A DNA stretch of 63,995 bases, the filler included, from Octopus bimaculoides (taxonomy: Eukaryota), in the NCBI RefSeq assembly GCF_001194135.2. It is 9 parts of 7 records of this genome, joined end to end, with 100 filler letters (N's around TTAATTAATTAA, not from the genome) between each part and the next. Parts side by side here need not be neighbours in the genome. Positions count along the whole stretch, not along the records: positions 1 to 3,783 come from NC_069003.1; positions 3,884 to 10,586 come from NC_068996.1; positions 10,687 to 25,764 come from NC_068992.1; 6 more parts are not named here. One strand, given 5' to 3'. The notes beneath the pieces are model-generated. The model had not been told where the DNA came from and ran no database searches. It saw only the letters and a program-made list of their open reading frames with translations. Shown here one piece after another: positions 1 through 13,048 of the stretch (the stretch's first letter is position 1; every line of letters begins with the position of its first letter). Both the position numbers and the translations under genes were made by a program.

Positions 1-129
1 ATATATGTGTGTGTGTGTGTGTATGTATTATATGTATATATGTATGTATAACTGCATCTAGTAACATGTGTGTGTGTGTGTATACGTATGTGTGTGTGTG
101 ATATATTAATTTTTAAGTGGTCACAATGA

Positions 130-560
130 ATGCTTCGTTAAACTCGTGCTCTGTTGCCAGAAGAGTTCCGGCGTTTTGAACAGGTCCTTTTTCTAGGCGT
201 GACAAAACTACCTCTTTTCATTTCTTCATGAGGGCGTGGAAATACCAGGAAATGATTGCGAGTTGGTTGCTGTACGAAGATGTATGAGGAAATTGTTGTC
301 AATTGAACGTGTTTATGGACGGAATGAATTAACGAGAGAGTTTCTTTGGTGTGGAGATGCAGTAACAGTGAAAAGCAGATGATGAAAGAGTTAAGAAGAG
401 CTGAATTATGGCGTAGCTAATATAGGGAGGTGGGTTTCCTCTTGTTGATGTCAGTGACCGCTCTCAGCAATTTGTAAGTAGGATTATGCACATATGCACA
501 AGCAGATGTTAATTATATCGTGCACATGCATGTCTTCGTACACATCAACATGCGATTGGC
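130..560 (-). mobile_element. Possible very decayed Penelope-like 3' fragment
   Basis: Broken minus-strand frames loosely resemble a PLE endonuclease C-terminus and end in cctagaaaaaggacctgttcaaaacgccgg, which is like a degenerate PLE tail. Weak. Confidence 0.25.
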
Positions 561-791
561 CGAAACCTGGAGAAAATTTTTTCTGAAAGACAATTCGTTT
601 AGGAACAAAGAATAAACCCGTTTCTTGTTTTATTTAGGAAAATAGCCGTAAGTCTTTTTGAATTGAACGTATATTATAATGGTAGAATAACTGGTTCAAC
701 ATCAGATCGCACTTGTGCGTGTATATCTGTAGAAGCACACGCATATATGTATATTTCTTTGTGTTTGCATGAGACAGTGTGCACGTATTTG

Positions 792-794
<3 letters not shown>

Positions 795-857
<63 letters not shown>
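795..857. repeat. (TG)n microsatellite
   Basis: Direct reading; one of dozens of (TG)n/(TA)n/(CA)n tracts in the window. Confidence 0.95.
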
Positions 858-859
<2 letters not shown>

Positions 860-1665
860 TGTTTGGGTGAGTATTCATGTGTGTGTTTCTGTATTTGCGT
901 GTAGTAATGTATGTGCATGTTACCAACTACAAATTTATCGCCCTGTCATCCTCGATCTCTCAATGAAAATATTCCTGTTCCGATCGTGATGCGTGGGAAG
1001 AAAAGGTTTTCCTTACGAAATAGTTTTCCACTCAAATCCGTCGGATTCCGTGTTTGTTTCATGATTTGGAGCTTACGTTCGAATTGTGGTTGGGTTTATG
1101 TAAATGTCATTTACCCACCCCACCCCACCCAGAAAACAGTGGCAGGAAAACAAAAAGGAAAAACCTGAAATATATATTTACATCCTCTTTTAGTAAAACA
1201 TCACATGTACAAGATTTATGGAGAATATCAACGAAATAATATTCTTATATGATAAAGACAATATAACCTTTATTTGAAAGGTTACTAAAAATCACAAGAA
1301 AGGGAAGAAATGAATAAATACAATACACAGAATAATTGTTCATTTTTCTTTTCGAGGGGGACGTAGAGCACAATTCGACCGCGGCTGACTAGTGAGTCTT
1401 AAGAGACAAAGAATTACACAGTTTCACGGGAAAAGGAAAAAAAAAAAACCTGTTATAGTCCAACTGCTGCTCGATCGAAAGATATAAATATTGCCTTGTT
1501 GCATATAAATAATGAAACACGTTCTGCCTCGAACAAGATGGATTCATAGGTTTATTTCATCTCCGTCTGAATTCCTCTTTCATTATGTCTCAGAAGCAGA
1601 GGCTTGAAATGTTGGGGGATTTTAATAAACGCTATTTGTCATTTTTAATACTGAAAAGAAATTCT

Positions 1666-1704
<39 letters not shown>

Positions 1705-1914
1705 TAGTTTTCATTGATATATATGTGTGTGTTTGCATGCACCCATAAACACACGCACACACGCGTATGTATAGATCTAGACATTTACACACTCTCGCAC
1801 CCATCTACATGTATGCATACAACATACATGAGCCCGTTCAATCATCAGTATATCTACAACTATATATATATGTGTGTGCATATATACATGTATATATATA
1901 TATATATATGTATG

Positions 1915-1948
<34 letters not shown>

Positions 1949-2058
1949 ATATACATTCACACATACACACATACACATATGTACATACATATATCAGCAT
2001 GTGTATATTTATGGCCCTGTATTGTCTGCAATGTATGCATCTGCCTTTGTTTATGTAT

Positions 2059-2096
<38 letters not shown>

Positions 2097-3883
2097 TATG
2101 TAAAGACTCAGGTTTATTGTTGCACCATCCATATACATCTTTTGTGAATATGCATTTCCATTCCTTCAGAATAACTGTTTAGGGTTTGTGCACACGTATG
2201 CACCTCCCTAATAGATAAATCCGCGCACACACGCACACACGCAAATATACACCTCTGTCTATATGTGTGTGTGTTTGTGCATCAGATAATCGCTTCATCC
2301 ACGTTTATGCATTGTCGTTGCTTCATCATAACTCTGTATGGTTTATTAGCATATTTTTCACCTCAGTGCTTAGCAATATATCCATGGTAACGCTTATGGT
2401 TTTCTGGCGTGAGTTAACTGTTTCACCACGAACACAATTTCATAAATGGCCGCCCCACTGCGCGCTCGAATCACGCGCGCATAAAACAGTTATTCACACG
2501 CGTATAGAGACTCTCCCACAAAACTAGTATACATACATGCACGCACAAACGACCACAGATACAATCGGACATACAATCACATTCATATTCTCATTGCACG
2601 TATTGGAGCAAAGATAAACACAAAGAACTGTGCGTTCGTAGCACTATACATGTAATACTGACACAGCAACTCACAGGAGCTTGTAGAATCATACTCGTAT
2701 TCATATAAATTTGTGTTGTTGTATGTATGCGTATGTTTCTAAATGAGTATGTATGTGTGCTGAGTGGACGAGTCCATTTTTTAATGAATATTTGTATACA
2801 AACACAAACACTATAATATTTGTGTGACAGAAGTTCTGGTGCGAAGTGCGGTCGGTTAGATTGACTTCAAAATTTTAATTCTACTTAATTTACGTACGTT
2901 GGAACGAGGTGGGCAAAGTTGAAGTTAGGAGTATTTGAACTCAGAACGTAAAATGCGAGAGCATGCAGTGCAAGTGACCCACGGATCTGGGTAACCCACG
3001 AGCTTTATAGTAAATACAACGATAAATTCTTTATCATTTGCACCAGAAAATAGTACTTTAATAAAAACGTGCGTTAAAATATATTTGGGGCATAAAATAC
3101 AATCGAAATGATATGAATAGTGAAGATAGGAATAATCTGAGTTGAAACATAACTTAAAAAATATGTGCGAAAGAATGAAATATACTGAAAATAATTGAAA
3201 AATTAAAGATGTTTCTATATAAGCAGACGTGGTTGAGTGGTAAGCAGTTTGCTTCTGAAATAGGCTAATATGTTGAAGATGCCAATGTCATTGCTGAATG
3301 TAGCAGAAACAACAACCAACTCTTTCGTTTTAATGAATGGAAACAATCAGAGGGGAAAATAATCATCAATAGACCAGCTGAAGTAAAGGAGGAATGGTCA
3401 TGCTGGAATGTCTTTGATATGTAGTTCGTTTATTGAGAGCATACCTGAATCTAAAATACATCAATGACAACAGCTAAGTTTTAGGTATATGAGTCACGCT
3501 ATCAAATATATGAGTCACTCAGTGCACTTCCATGAGAGTCACTCAGTTAAACGATGATTCATTATTGCCAGTTAAAACGGAGTTTTGTTCAGGTAGTCAT
3601 TGAGCTATTAAATTAAAGACTCTGTAGCAGATAGACATATAGATAGGTCGATCTATCAATCGATATATACGTATATGCAGATTGGGGGGGGGGAGAGAGA
3701 GAGAGAGAAACAGAGATTTAGATAGAATGGTGCGTTGATAGTTGAAGCGAATAGGTGGCTGGGTATACACGCTTCTGTTTGTANNNNNNNNNNNNNNNNN
3801 NNNNNNNNNNNNNNNNNNNNNNNNNNNTTAATTAATTAANNNNNNNNNNNNNNNNNNNNNNNNNNNNNNNNNNNNNNNNNNNN

Positions 3884-3922
<39 letters not shown>

Positions 3923-4359
3923 GTATATATATAGTATATATACATATATATGTATTCATATAAATAAATGTGAGAAAAGTTTGAGATCTATATCCTTTAC
4001 TTTGTGGGTTTCCAAAGTTAGATTTCTAGTAAAGATTCTTCATATTGAATTGGTAGCTTACTCTTATAAGTATTTTTTAAATATGAAAATGTTACAAATA
4101 TAAAGTGTGTTATGAGAATTTATAGAACACGAATCCTAGAGAAACTCAACAAACAATTAAAGATGAAGAAGAGAAGGTGTTAAAAGGTTTATAAAATTGC
4201 TTGGCTGGTTCTTGTGGTACCGTCCCACCCATGCTAGCATGGGAGGTGGACATTAAATGATGATGATGACGATGATGATGATACACGCACACACACGTAC
4301 ACACATACACACAGACATATATATATTCTGTTTAAAGTTTACTGTAAATAGTCAAATAA

Positions 4360-4539
4360 GAGAGAGGGGGAGGGAGAGTGAGACTGAGGGGAGAGACATG
4401 GAGAGACTGAGAGAGAGACAAAAAGAGAGAGAGAGAGACAAAAAGAGAGAGAGAGACAAAAAGAGAGAGAGAGACAAAAAGAGAGAGAGAGAGACAAAAA
4501 GAGAGAGAGTGACAAAAAGAGAGAGAGAGAGAGAGACAA

Positions 4540-4572
<33 letters not shown>

Positions 4573-4610
4573 CAAGGAGAGAGAAAAAGCGAGAGAATGA
4601 AGAAATAAGG
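4360..4610. repeat. AG-rich compound repeat with ~16-bp unit gagagagagacaaaaa
   Basis: About six tandem units visible. Confidence 0.9.
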
Positions 4611-4867
4611 AAATAAAGAGAAAGTTATTGAAGTATGTTCATTTATTCTTTCATTGTTCCATGACTGGGCTGCTACGATATTTATTCGGAGGGCACCACT
4701 GTCAAGGACAATATTGATTCCTGTTCTTTGTTCTTATGATTCTCCAAAGTAGGCAAAAGATGCAAAGTCACCCAAGAAGAACATTTTACACTGTAAAATA
4801 TCTTTCATGTGGTGCATTAATTTTTGGCAGGCAAATACCAAAAAGTACGCCGACACGCACATATATG

Positions 4868-4908
<41 letters not shown>

Positions 4909-5824
4909 ACACACACACACACACACAGGTTTATTCAACAAGAAAGAGCAGATTTCAAATTTATTTTTAAGACACAAATAAATTCTACATGTTTCTTGAT
5001 AGGGGAAGATTTAAAGTTTATAGCTGAATATGATCAATTGAATTAAGCCTTAAATAAAATAATATTTTAATTTTGTTTGAATGTTTCATTTTGTTCATTT
5101 TATTCAAAGTTGTATAATTTTTATTTGTGTAATCCCTTAGAAAATGGTGATGCCATAAGAAAAGTCTTTTTGTGTGCTGCAGTTTGAGAAATACAAATCA
5201 ATTGTACAAGTGCAACGTGAATTTCGCTGCCAATTCAATAAAAATCCACCTCGTCACAAACAAATTTTAAAATGGCACAAAAATTTCACAGAAAATGGTT
5301 GCATTTGTAAAGGAAAAAGCACCAGTGCTTATGTTGAGTGCAGACTACCTTAAAATAAACTTTAAACCTTCCTCTATCAAGAAATATGTAGAATATGCTT
5401 GTATATCTTACCGCTTGTTTTAAAAATAAATTTAAAATCTGCTTTGTTTTTGAATAACCCAGTATATATGGACATATTGTGGTGTCCACAGGCTGGCAAG
5501 GAGGACTCAGTACAGAATAATAGCTTTTCAACAGCATTTACTATTATTCATGTACAATAGATTAGAATGTTTGTGGCTATCAAGATGTCACTGGTTATGA
5601 TGACAACAATGATGATGATGATGAGAATGATGACGACGACGATATTTTTGTGTGCATGTATTTTATGTTTAACTGAACCGAGTGATGATGTTGTTGTTGG
5701 TTTGCGTAAGGATATGTGTATGCATGTGTGTATGGCGTGTGTGTGTGTGTGGGGGTTATTATATATGTAGTGACAGGGACTCAATGAAAATTGGAGCATG
5801 TTGTGGTACTAAATGTGTGGATAT

Positions 5825-6030
5825 GCATAGCTTAGTGGTTAGGGTGTTGGACTCATGATTGTAAGATTGTGGTTTCAATTCCTGGACTGAGCAACAAGTG
5901 TTCTTGAGCAAAACACTTCATTCCACGTTACCCCAGTCCACTCAGCTGGCAAAAATGAGTAATCATGTGACGGACCAGTGTCCAGTTTAATAGGGATTAC
6001 ATATGCCATGGAAACCAAGAGAACTGGCCC
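5825..6030 (+). mobile_element. tRNA-derived SINE with CORE-like segment (family C), partial
   Basis: A/B-box-like head, then tgttcttgagcaaaacactt...ccagtccactcagctggcaaaaatgagt, shared with copies at 10920 and 37350. Confidence 0.7.
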
Positions 6031-6039
6031 TTATGATTT

Positions 6040-6920
6040 GGGAAGGAACTTCAACGTCACATTCTGAAACTTCTCCTCTAGTTCTGGTAGTGACTCAGCA
6101 ATTAGAGCAAGGTCATCAGCATAGAGGACCTCCCAGGGGCATCCTGTCTTGAATTCCTCTGTTATTACCTGGAGGACTATGATGAATAAGAGGGGGCTGA
6201 GGACTGATCCTTGGTGGACCTCTACCTCTACCCGGAATTCTGTACTCATTGCCAACCCTCACCTTACTGACAGCATCTCTGTACATGGCTCGCATAGCTC
6301 TCACTAGCCATTCATCTATCTCTAGTTTCCTCCTTGACCACCAGATAAGGGATCGAGAGGCCCTGTCAAAGGCTTTCTCCATATCAATGAAAGCCAGGTA
6401 CAGAGGTTTATCTTTGGCTAGGTATTTTGCCTGCAGTTGTCTTACCAGAAATATAGTTTCAGTGGTGCTTTTCCCTGGCATGAACCCAAACTGCATCTCA
6501 TCTAGACTGACTCTCCTTAATTAGTTGGGCTACGACCCTCTCCATGACTTTCATTACCTGATCCAACAACTTGATACCTCTGTAATTATTTGTATCTAAA
6601 GCGTCACCTTTACCTTTGTAGCAGTCGACTATGGTACTGCTACACCAGTCATTGGGTATGACTCCTTCGTGTATCACCTGGTTCGTAATATGGGTGACTA
6701 GGCTATAGCCAACACCACCAGATTTTTTAAGCATCTGTGAGGTGATTCCTGATAGGCCGGGGACTTTCCCTGTCTTCCTACCATTAATTGCTTTATCTAC
6801 CAAGGTGCTGTCAGTTCGGATAGCTGGTCCCTCTATTGGTTCGACATTCAGCAGACTCTCTTTCTCCCATTCATTCTCTTCGTTTAGCAACCTTTCATAG
6901 TGGTGTCTCCAAAAAGACAT
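6040..6920 (-). mobile_element. RTE-clade non-LTR retrotransposon, frameshifted RT fragment
   Basis: Motifs NYRGIKLL, QFGFMPGKSTTETIF, LAFIDMEKAFD, VHQGSVLSPLLF and YADDLAL across three frames. Confidence 0.93.
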
Positions 6921-7289
6921 GATCTGGCTTTAGCTGAAATACTTACCAAACAATGATAAAAAATATCAGATTTTAATACTGTTTTAAAATCAATGTCTTT
7001 CCACTTTATCATCTTCAGTAACAAAGACTTTTTAGTCTTATTGGGTACAAGGTAACACCACTAATGTTGGTGCTACAATAAAATGTTTCCTGCACACTCT
7101 ATAAAGTGGCTGGTCAACAAGAGAAGGCAATGTAAGGTTGAGAGGACAGTTTAGACTTTCCAATGTCATGGTAACCTCTCTATTACTGGTGAAATAGTTG
7201 GTATTAGGGAAGGTATCCAGTCATAGAAATAAAAGTAAAACAAACCAACAGCAGTTGTCAAATGATCGTGGGAGACAAGCACAAAGACA

Positions 7290-7491
7290 CACACACAGTG
7301 CCACCTGACTGTCTCCTGTGCCAGTGGCATGTAAAAAGCACCCACTACACTCTTGGAGTGGTTGGCATTTGGAAGGGCATTCAGTTGTAGAAACCTTGCC
7401 AGATTAGATTGGAGCCTGGTGAAGCCTCCTGGTTTGCCAGTCCCCTGTCAAACCGTCCAACCCATGCCAGCATGGAAAACGGACATTAAAC

Positions 7492-7540
<49 letters not shown>

Positions 7541-7541
7541 T
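7290..7541 (+). mobile_element. RTE-type 3' tail (family B) ending in (GAT)n
   Basis: gtggttggc...ggaagggcat...ccatgccagcatggaaaacggacattaaacgatgatgat, which recurs at 10248, 51785, 54110 and 56260. Confidence 0.8.
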
Positions 7542-7689
7542 ATAGATGTTTGTTGATTTTGCCAGGTTTTTAAACCAATATTTTGCAATAGGTAGAGGCA
7601 TGGCTGTGTCACCTAGAAGCTTGGTTTGCAACAGTGTGGTTTCAGGTTCAGAAGAACTTTTAGCTAAGTGCAAATTTCTCTACTTACCA

Positions 7690-7968
7690 TTTGTTGATCT
7701 CGACCATTTTGTTCCCTATGGACCCCTTTGATCCTTATTTTATTCAAGAGGACCCTTATAACCATTCAAGGTTTTAAAAAATCCTATTATATTTTTATAA
7801 ATGAATGTTAGGAATTGTATTAAAAAAAAGATTGTCAAAATATTTTGTGTGTTGTAGAAGCATAAGTAGTTTATTGTATGTAAATTTTAACAACAAAAAT
7901 TGTATATGGACCCTAAAGGGTCATAGCGACCTCAAAGGGTCATGTGGACTCCAGTTGAGGACCACTGA
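7690..7968. mobile_element. hAT-like MITE
   Basis: Right end gttgaggaccactg is the reverse complement of cagtggtcctcaac; left end degenerate; internal ggacccc motifs. Confidence 0.55.
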
Positions 7969-8734
7969 TTTATAGAATGCCTTTGACATGATGTTATAAT
8001 CTGAAATCTGGTGGTATTTACAAAAATTAGGTGTAGAAGAATGACTTGTGAGAGTGGCACAAGCCACATACACACAAATGCAGTCAGCAAAGGGAGAGTT
8101 GGCAATGAGTTCAGTGAGGAATTTAGTATACTGGTAGGTGACCTCCGTAGTTTAATTCTTAACATGCTCCTATTATGGTTCCCCAAGATGCAACAGAGGA
8201 GTTTAAAACTATCTGATCATGAGTACTATACACTAGTTTTAGTTCTTACAATGGAGTCTGTGAATAACTTAAAGAAGAATTCCAGGTGTAGAAGCAAAAC
8301 CTATAAAATTTATTTGAAATTACATTACAATCTGGACCATTTTCTCAAATTTAAGATATTGTTTTTTACTGATCATCTGGTGATGTCATTTTTACTAAGG
8401 CATAAAGTAGTTACCTTCATTAACAACACATTTCTTTCTTTCTCTTCTATATCAACACTTCTATCTTCCTGGTCAACAACAGCAACATTCTTTCATTGAG
8501 ATATGAATTTATATTTTTCTTTCATAATTCTATGGCAATTGTGTTTCCAAAGTGAGACAAGAGACAACAACAACACTCCTTGAAGTAAATATTACTATCT
8601 TTTGTAGCTTCAACTGGTTTTCGGTATAGAACCGAACTGTTTAGTTGCTACAATCATTGATTTACTATTGTATACCGATGGCTACATTATTCCATCTACA
8701 AGAGGAAAAGCTTGTCTTATATTACAATTCTTTT

Positions 8735-8900
8735 CACATCTAAGATGATTCGTAGGAATAGAGATCAATTACAGTTCTTGAATGGTACTCTGCTTTATTG
8801 ACCCAAGAAGGATGAAAGGCAAAGTTGACATCACATAATTTGAACTCAGAACATAAAGGCTTGTGAATGTCATAGCATTTTGTCAGGTGCTCTATCAATT
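8735..8900 (-). mobile_element. tRNA-derived SINE (family D), partial
   Basis: gaaggatgaaaggcaaagttgac...tttgaactcagaac, shared with copies at 39990 and 47640. Confidence 0.7.
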
Positions 8901-9323
8901 TAACCAATCTTTTGAAATTATCAGAGTTGTACATGTGACTTGATTTGAACCTTGTGCTAAAGCTGAAGTAATTACATAGTAACAGGATCAGTTTAGACTT
9001 ATATTTCCCAACCAAGACTTGTGTCTCAGAAATAATGATATATCTATATAACTAATTATATGCATGGGAATTTTTTTTTTTTTTTAGTTATTTTTGTGTT
9101 TAATTCTATATCTGTAATTTTATTATGCAATCACAGTGTGATAAGAAGTTTGAATAGACACAGGTGTGACTGTATGGTAAGAAGTTTGTTTCTCAACCAT
9201 ATGGTTCTGGGTTCAGTCTCACTTTATGGCACGTTGGACAAGTGACATTTATTATAACCTCAAGCTCTACTAAAGCCTTCAATGTTTTTTTTTTTTATAT
9301 GAAAGCTGAAAGAAGTTTGTTCT

Positions 9324-9355
<32 letters not shown>

Positions 9356-9783
9356 NNNNNNNNNNNNNNNNNNNNNNNNNNNNNNNNNNNNNNNNNNNNN
9401 NNNNNNNNNNNNNNNNNNNNNNNNNNNNNNNNNNNNNNNNNNNNNNNNNNNNNNNNNNNNNNNNNNNNNNNNNNNNNNNNNNNNNNNNNNNNNNNNNNNN
9501 NNNNNNNNNNNNNNNNNNNNNNNNNNNNNNNNNNNNNNNNNNNNNNNNNNNNNNNNNNNNNNNNNNNNNNNNNNNNNNNNNNNNNNNNNNNNNNNNNNNN
9601 NNNNNNNNNNNNNNNNNNNNNNNNNNNNNNNNNNNNNNNNNNNNNNNNNNNNNNNNNNNNNNNNNNNNNNNNNNNNNNNNNNNNNNNNNNNNNNNNNNNN
9701 NNNNNNNNNNNNNNNNNNNNNNNNNNNNNNNNNNNNNNNNNNNNNNNNNNNNNNNNNNNNNNNNNNNNNNNNNNNNNNNNNNN

Positions 9784-9818
<35 letters not shown>

Positions 9819-9819
9819 T

Positions 9820-10150
9820 GAGACCCCCTTCGGTCATGACTGACCATGGGATTGCAACTAGAAAGTTCCCCTCCAAGACACAAGTCCGGGCAAGGTTGTT
9901 TATGGAAGACCAGCAGTCGCCCATGCATACCGGCCTCCCCTCTTTCTGCTACTGATGTTACCCAAGGGAAAGGCAAAGTCCATTACTGCTTGGCACCTGT
10001 GACGTCGCAACTCATTTTTATAGCTGAGTGAACTGGACCAATGTGAAATAAAGTGTCTTGCTCAAGAACACAACACACAGCCCGGTCCAGGATTCAAACT
10101 CACAACCGCATGATTGCAAGCTCGACGCTATAACCACTGAGCCAAGTGAC
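9820..10150 (-). mobile_element. tRNA/CORE-like SINE
   Basis: Reverse complement shows A box, B box and tgtgttcttgagcaagacactt. Confidence 0.65.
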
Positions 10151-10247
10151 TTAACACACACATATATATATACATATATATATATATGTATGTATGTATA
10201 TATATATATCTATCTATATAAATATACACATATATATACATATATAT

Positions 10248-10586
10248 ATCATCATCATCATCATCATCATCATCGTTTAACGTCCGCTTTCCATGCTAGC
10301 ATGGGTTGGACGATTTGACTGAGGACTGGTGAAACCGGATGGCAACACCAGGCTCCAATCTAATTTGGCAGAGTTTCTACAGCTGGATGCCCTTCCTAAC
10401 GCCAACCACTCAGAGAGTGTAGTGGGTGCTTTTACGTGTCACCCGCACGAGGGCCAGTCAGGTGGTACTGGCAACGGCCACGCTCAAAATGGTGTCTTTT
10501 ATGTGCCACCTGCACAAGAGCCAGTCCAGGGTCACTGGCAATGATCTTGCTCGAAAATCCTATGAAGGCCAGTCAGGCGGTACTGG
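10248..10586 (-). mobile_element. RTE-type 3' tail (family B)
   Basis: (CAT)n followed by cgtttaacgtccgctttccatgctagcatggg. Confidence 0.8.
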
Positions 10587-10687
10587 NNNNNNNNNNNNNN
10601 NNNNNNNNNNNNNNNNNNNNNNNNNNNNNNTTAATTAATTAANNNNNNNNNNNNNNNNNNNNNNNNNNNNNNNNNNNNNNNNNNNNA

Positions 10688-10880
10688 TATATACATACAT
10701 ACATACATACATATACGACGGGCTTCTTCCAGTTTCCGCCTACCAAATCCACTCACAAGGCTTTGGTCGGCCCGAGGCTATAGAAGAAGACACTTGCCCA
10801 AGGTGCCACGCAGTGAGACTGAACCCGGGACCATGTGGTTGGTAGGCAAGCCACTTACTACAAGGCCACTCCTACGCCGT
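10688..10880 (-). mobile_element. SINE family A, 5' half
   Basis: Reverse complement of the family A head up to the internal microsatellite. Confidence 0.8.
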
Positions 10881-10919
10881 TGAACCTAACTCAAATCATT
10901 CCAGCGGTGACTGCCTCAT

Positions 10920-11215
10920 CGTATATTGTAAGTATTTAGGGTATTCGGCTCATGATCAGAAGGCCGTGCGTTCGATTCCTGGCAGTGCGTTGTGTTCTTG
11001 AGCAAGGCACTTAATTTCATATTGCTTCAGTCCAATCAGCTGGCAAAAACCCAGGGTTAGACATATTCTTTGTCACGCTGGATCTCAACGATAACTACGT
11101 TATGGGTACCTGTGTCTATGGAGTGTTCAGCCACAAGCACGTTAATTTCACGAGCAGGCTGTTCGTCGAACGGATCAACTGGAACCCTCGACGTCGTAAC
11201 CGACGGAGTTCCAGG
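10920..11215 (+). mobile_element. SINE family C, near full length
   Basis: Head with gttcgattcc B box, CORE-like segment, tail cacgttaatttcacgagcaggctgtt...gtcgtaaccgacggagt. Confidence 0.8.
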
Positions 11216-11989
11216 ATAGGGGATATATTGGGTTATCTTATCTGACGTGTCCTTTCATATTTAAGTGACTTCAGTGTTATTTGAGAGAGATTTGATAGTA
11301 GTTTCTATTACATAGGGAGTCCATTGTTGGTTCGTGGCAATGTCAACTTACTTTAAATTTGACATATCGCTACAGAAACCTGGTAGCAGGCCTGTTAGTT
11401 ACTAACTAATTATTTTGGATAGATTTGTGATCTTATCTGAAATACATCATTATTAATGCTCTTGCCGTTGTCGACAGCAGGAAAATTTCATGCTGTTTTA
11501 GTTTATAAGCATCGGAACAGCATGACGCTCACCTAGACAGTTCTGATTAAAATAAACAATGGATCAAGTGATATATGGGAAGTTTCAGCTTCGTTGCATT
11601 AATTGGATCAGAAATTAAAGGATAAGAATCTTACCACTGAGAAATATTTCACAAGATCTTTTTCACAATTACTGACAGTAACATGACACAACATTAGAAT
11701 TAGTTGCATTATCTAAACAAAGGAAACTATCGAAAATATATAATAAATTTCATGTGTGAGATGAGAGAGAGAGAGAGAAAAAAGAGAGAGAAAAGAAAGA
11801 GAGAGAGAAAAAAGAGAGAGAGAGAAATGGTAGACAGAAAATGCACTGAAAAACGTTATAATAAAAGAAATTTCAAAACCACATTTTGATAAAAATATAT
11901 GAAAATTAGAATTTTTTAAAACTTTTGTAGACAGCGTACAATTTAAAAATTGCTTCCTTTTAGTAAAGTTTCCACTATTTGTATCGTTT

Positions 11990-12060
11990 GCATCGGTGGT
12001 TCAATGTTTGAACGCTCTTTTCCCGTGCGAGAGACCCAGGTTCGATTCCTGGCCGAAACA
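11990..12060 (+). pseudogene. tRNA-Gly-like sequence (pseudogene or SINE head)
   Basis: 71 nt, GCATCGGTGGTTCA...CCAGGTTCGATTCCTGGCCGAAACA. Perfect T-arm; acceptor and anticodon stems mismatched; resembles eukaryotic tRNA-Gly. Confidence 0.75.
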
Positions 12061-12774
12061 CATTTGTAAAATATTTGAAGGCGTTGCCCCAGCATGGCCG
12101 CAGTCAAAAATGACTGAAGCAAATAAAAGATAAAAGATATTGCAAATTAATTAATAAGCGGCTTTCTTTATTACAGTATAGATATCGTCAATGTTAAATA
12201 CATGATAGATAAATATCTTAACGTGGCAGGATTCGAAACAGCTCGCTTGAAAAATGTACAGCGGCTTATAAAAACAAAACTTATCAATCACAAAATATAT
12301 AATTACAAGACTTAATCTAGTGATAGTCAACATCTCGTCGTATTTGCAGTTGCAAAGTTTTTTTGTCTTTTTTTCCCTTGTCCTTTTTCAGTGTACTTAG
12401 GTCGCTAGAAGCCCAGTGTATCCTTGTAATAATGGCCTTTAGTATTTTGAATTATTTTTCTATAAACCATGTTGACATTTAGTTTGATGCCGACAAGATA
12501 TCTTATAAACCGGGGAAAAAATTTGAAATATATCAGTCATGAAGAAAAAAATCAGAAAAAATTACGTTGTAATATTTGGAGGTAATTGAAATGTTCAGTC
12601 AGTTGGAAGTTCTATGTACTTCATACTGATAGACTTTGGTGAACAACATCACGTGTATTTGGAAGGAGGACGTGTGGCTTGTATAACTTCCCCTTTCTCT
12701 GTGATACCCATTTGTCAAATTCTATTGTTTGCTACTGAAAAACAATCTGCATCGGTAACTAATAAACCATGCTT

Positions 12775-12825
12775 AGATAGAGAGAAAGGTAGGTAGATAG
12801 CTAGCTAGCTAGCTAGCTAGCTAGC

Positions 12826-12888
<63 letters not shown>

Positions 12889-13048
12889 GTAGGTAGGTAA
12901 GTAGGTAGGTAGGAAGTTAGGGAAGGGAGGGAGGGAGATGAGTAAATCAGTAGGTAGTTAAAGAGGTAGAAATATAGACAGACAGACAGACAGACAGACA
13001 GACTGACTGACAGACTGACAGATAGATAGATAGATAGATAGATAGATA
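12775..13048. repeat. Compound tetranucleotide microsatellite (AGCT/AGAT/AGGT/AGAC)
   Basis: Direct reading. Confidence 0.95.

Noticed and set aside
634-2182. HT/CV/YI-repeat ORFs
   Set aside because: Translations of dinucleotide microsatellites
3828-3839. TTAATTAATTAA between N runs (also at 10631, 25809, 32410, 42170, 44993, 59294, 62897)
   Set aside because: Identical six-frame-stop spacer inside gaps; an assembly/scaffolding linker, not biology
8011-8499. 162-aa plus-strand ORF, the longest non-repeat ORF
   Set aside because: No recognisable domain; the CESG stretch is too little to call a hAT C-terminus
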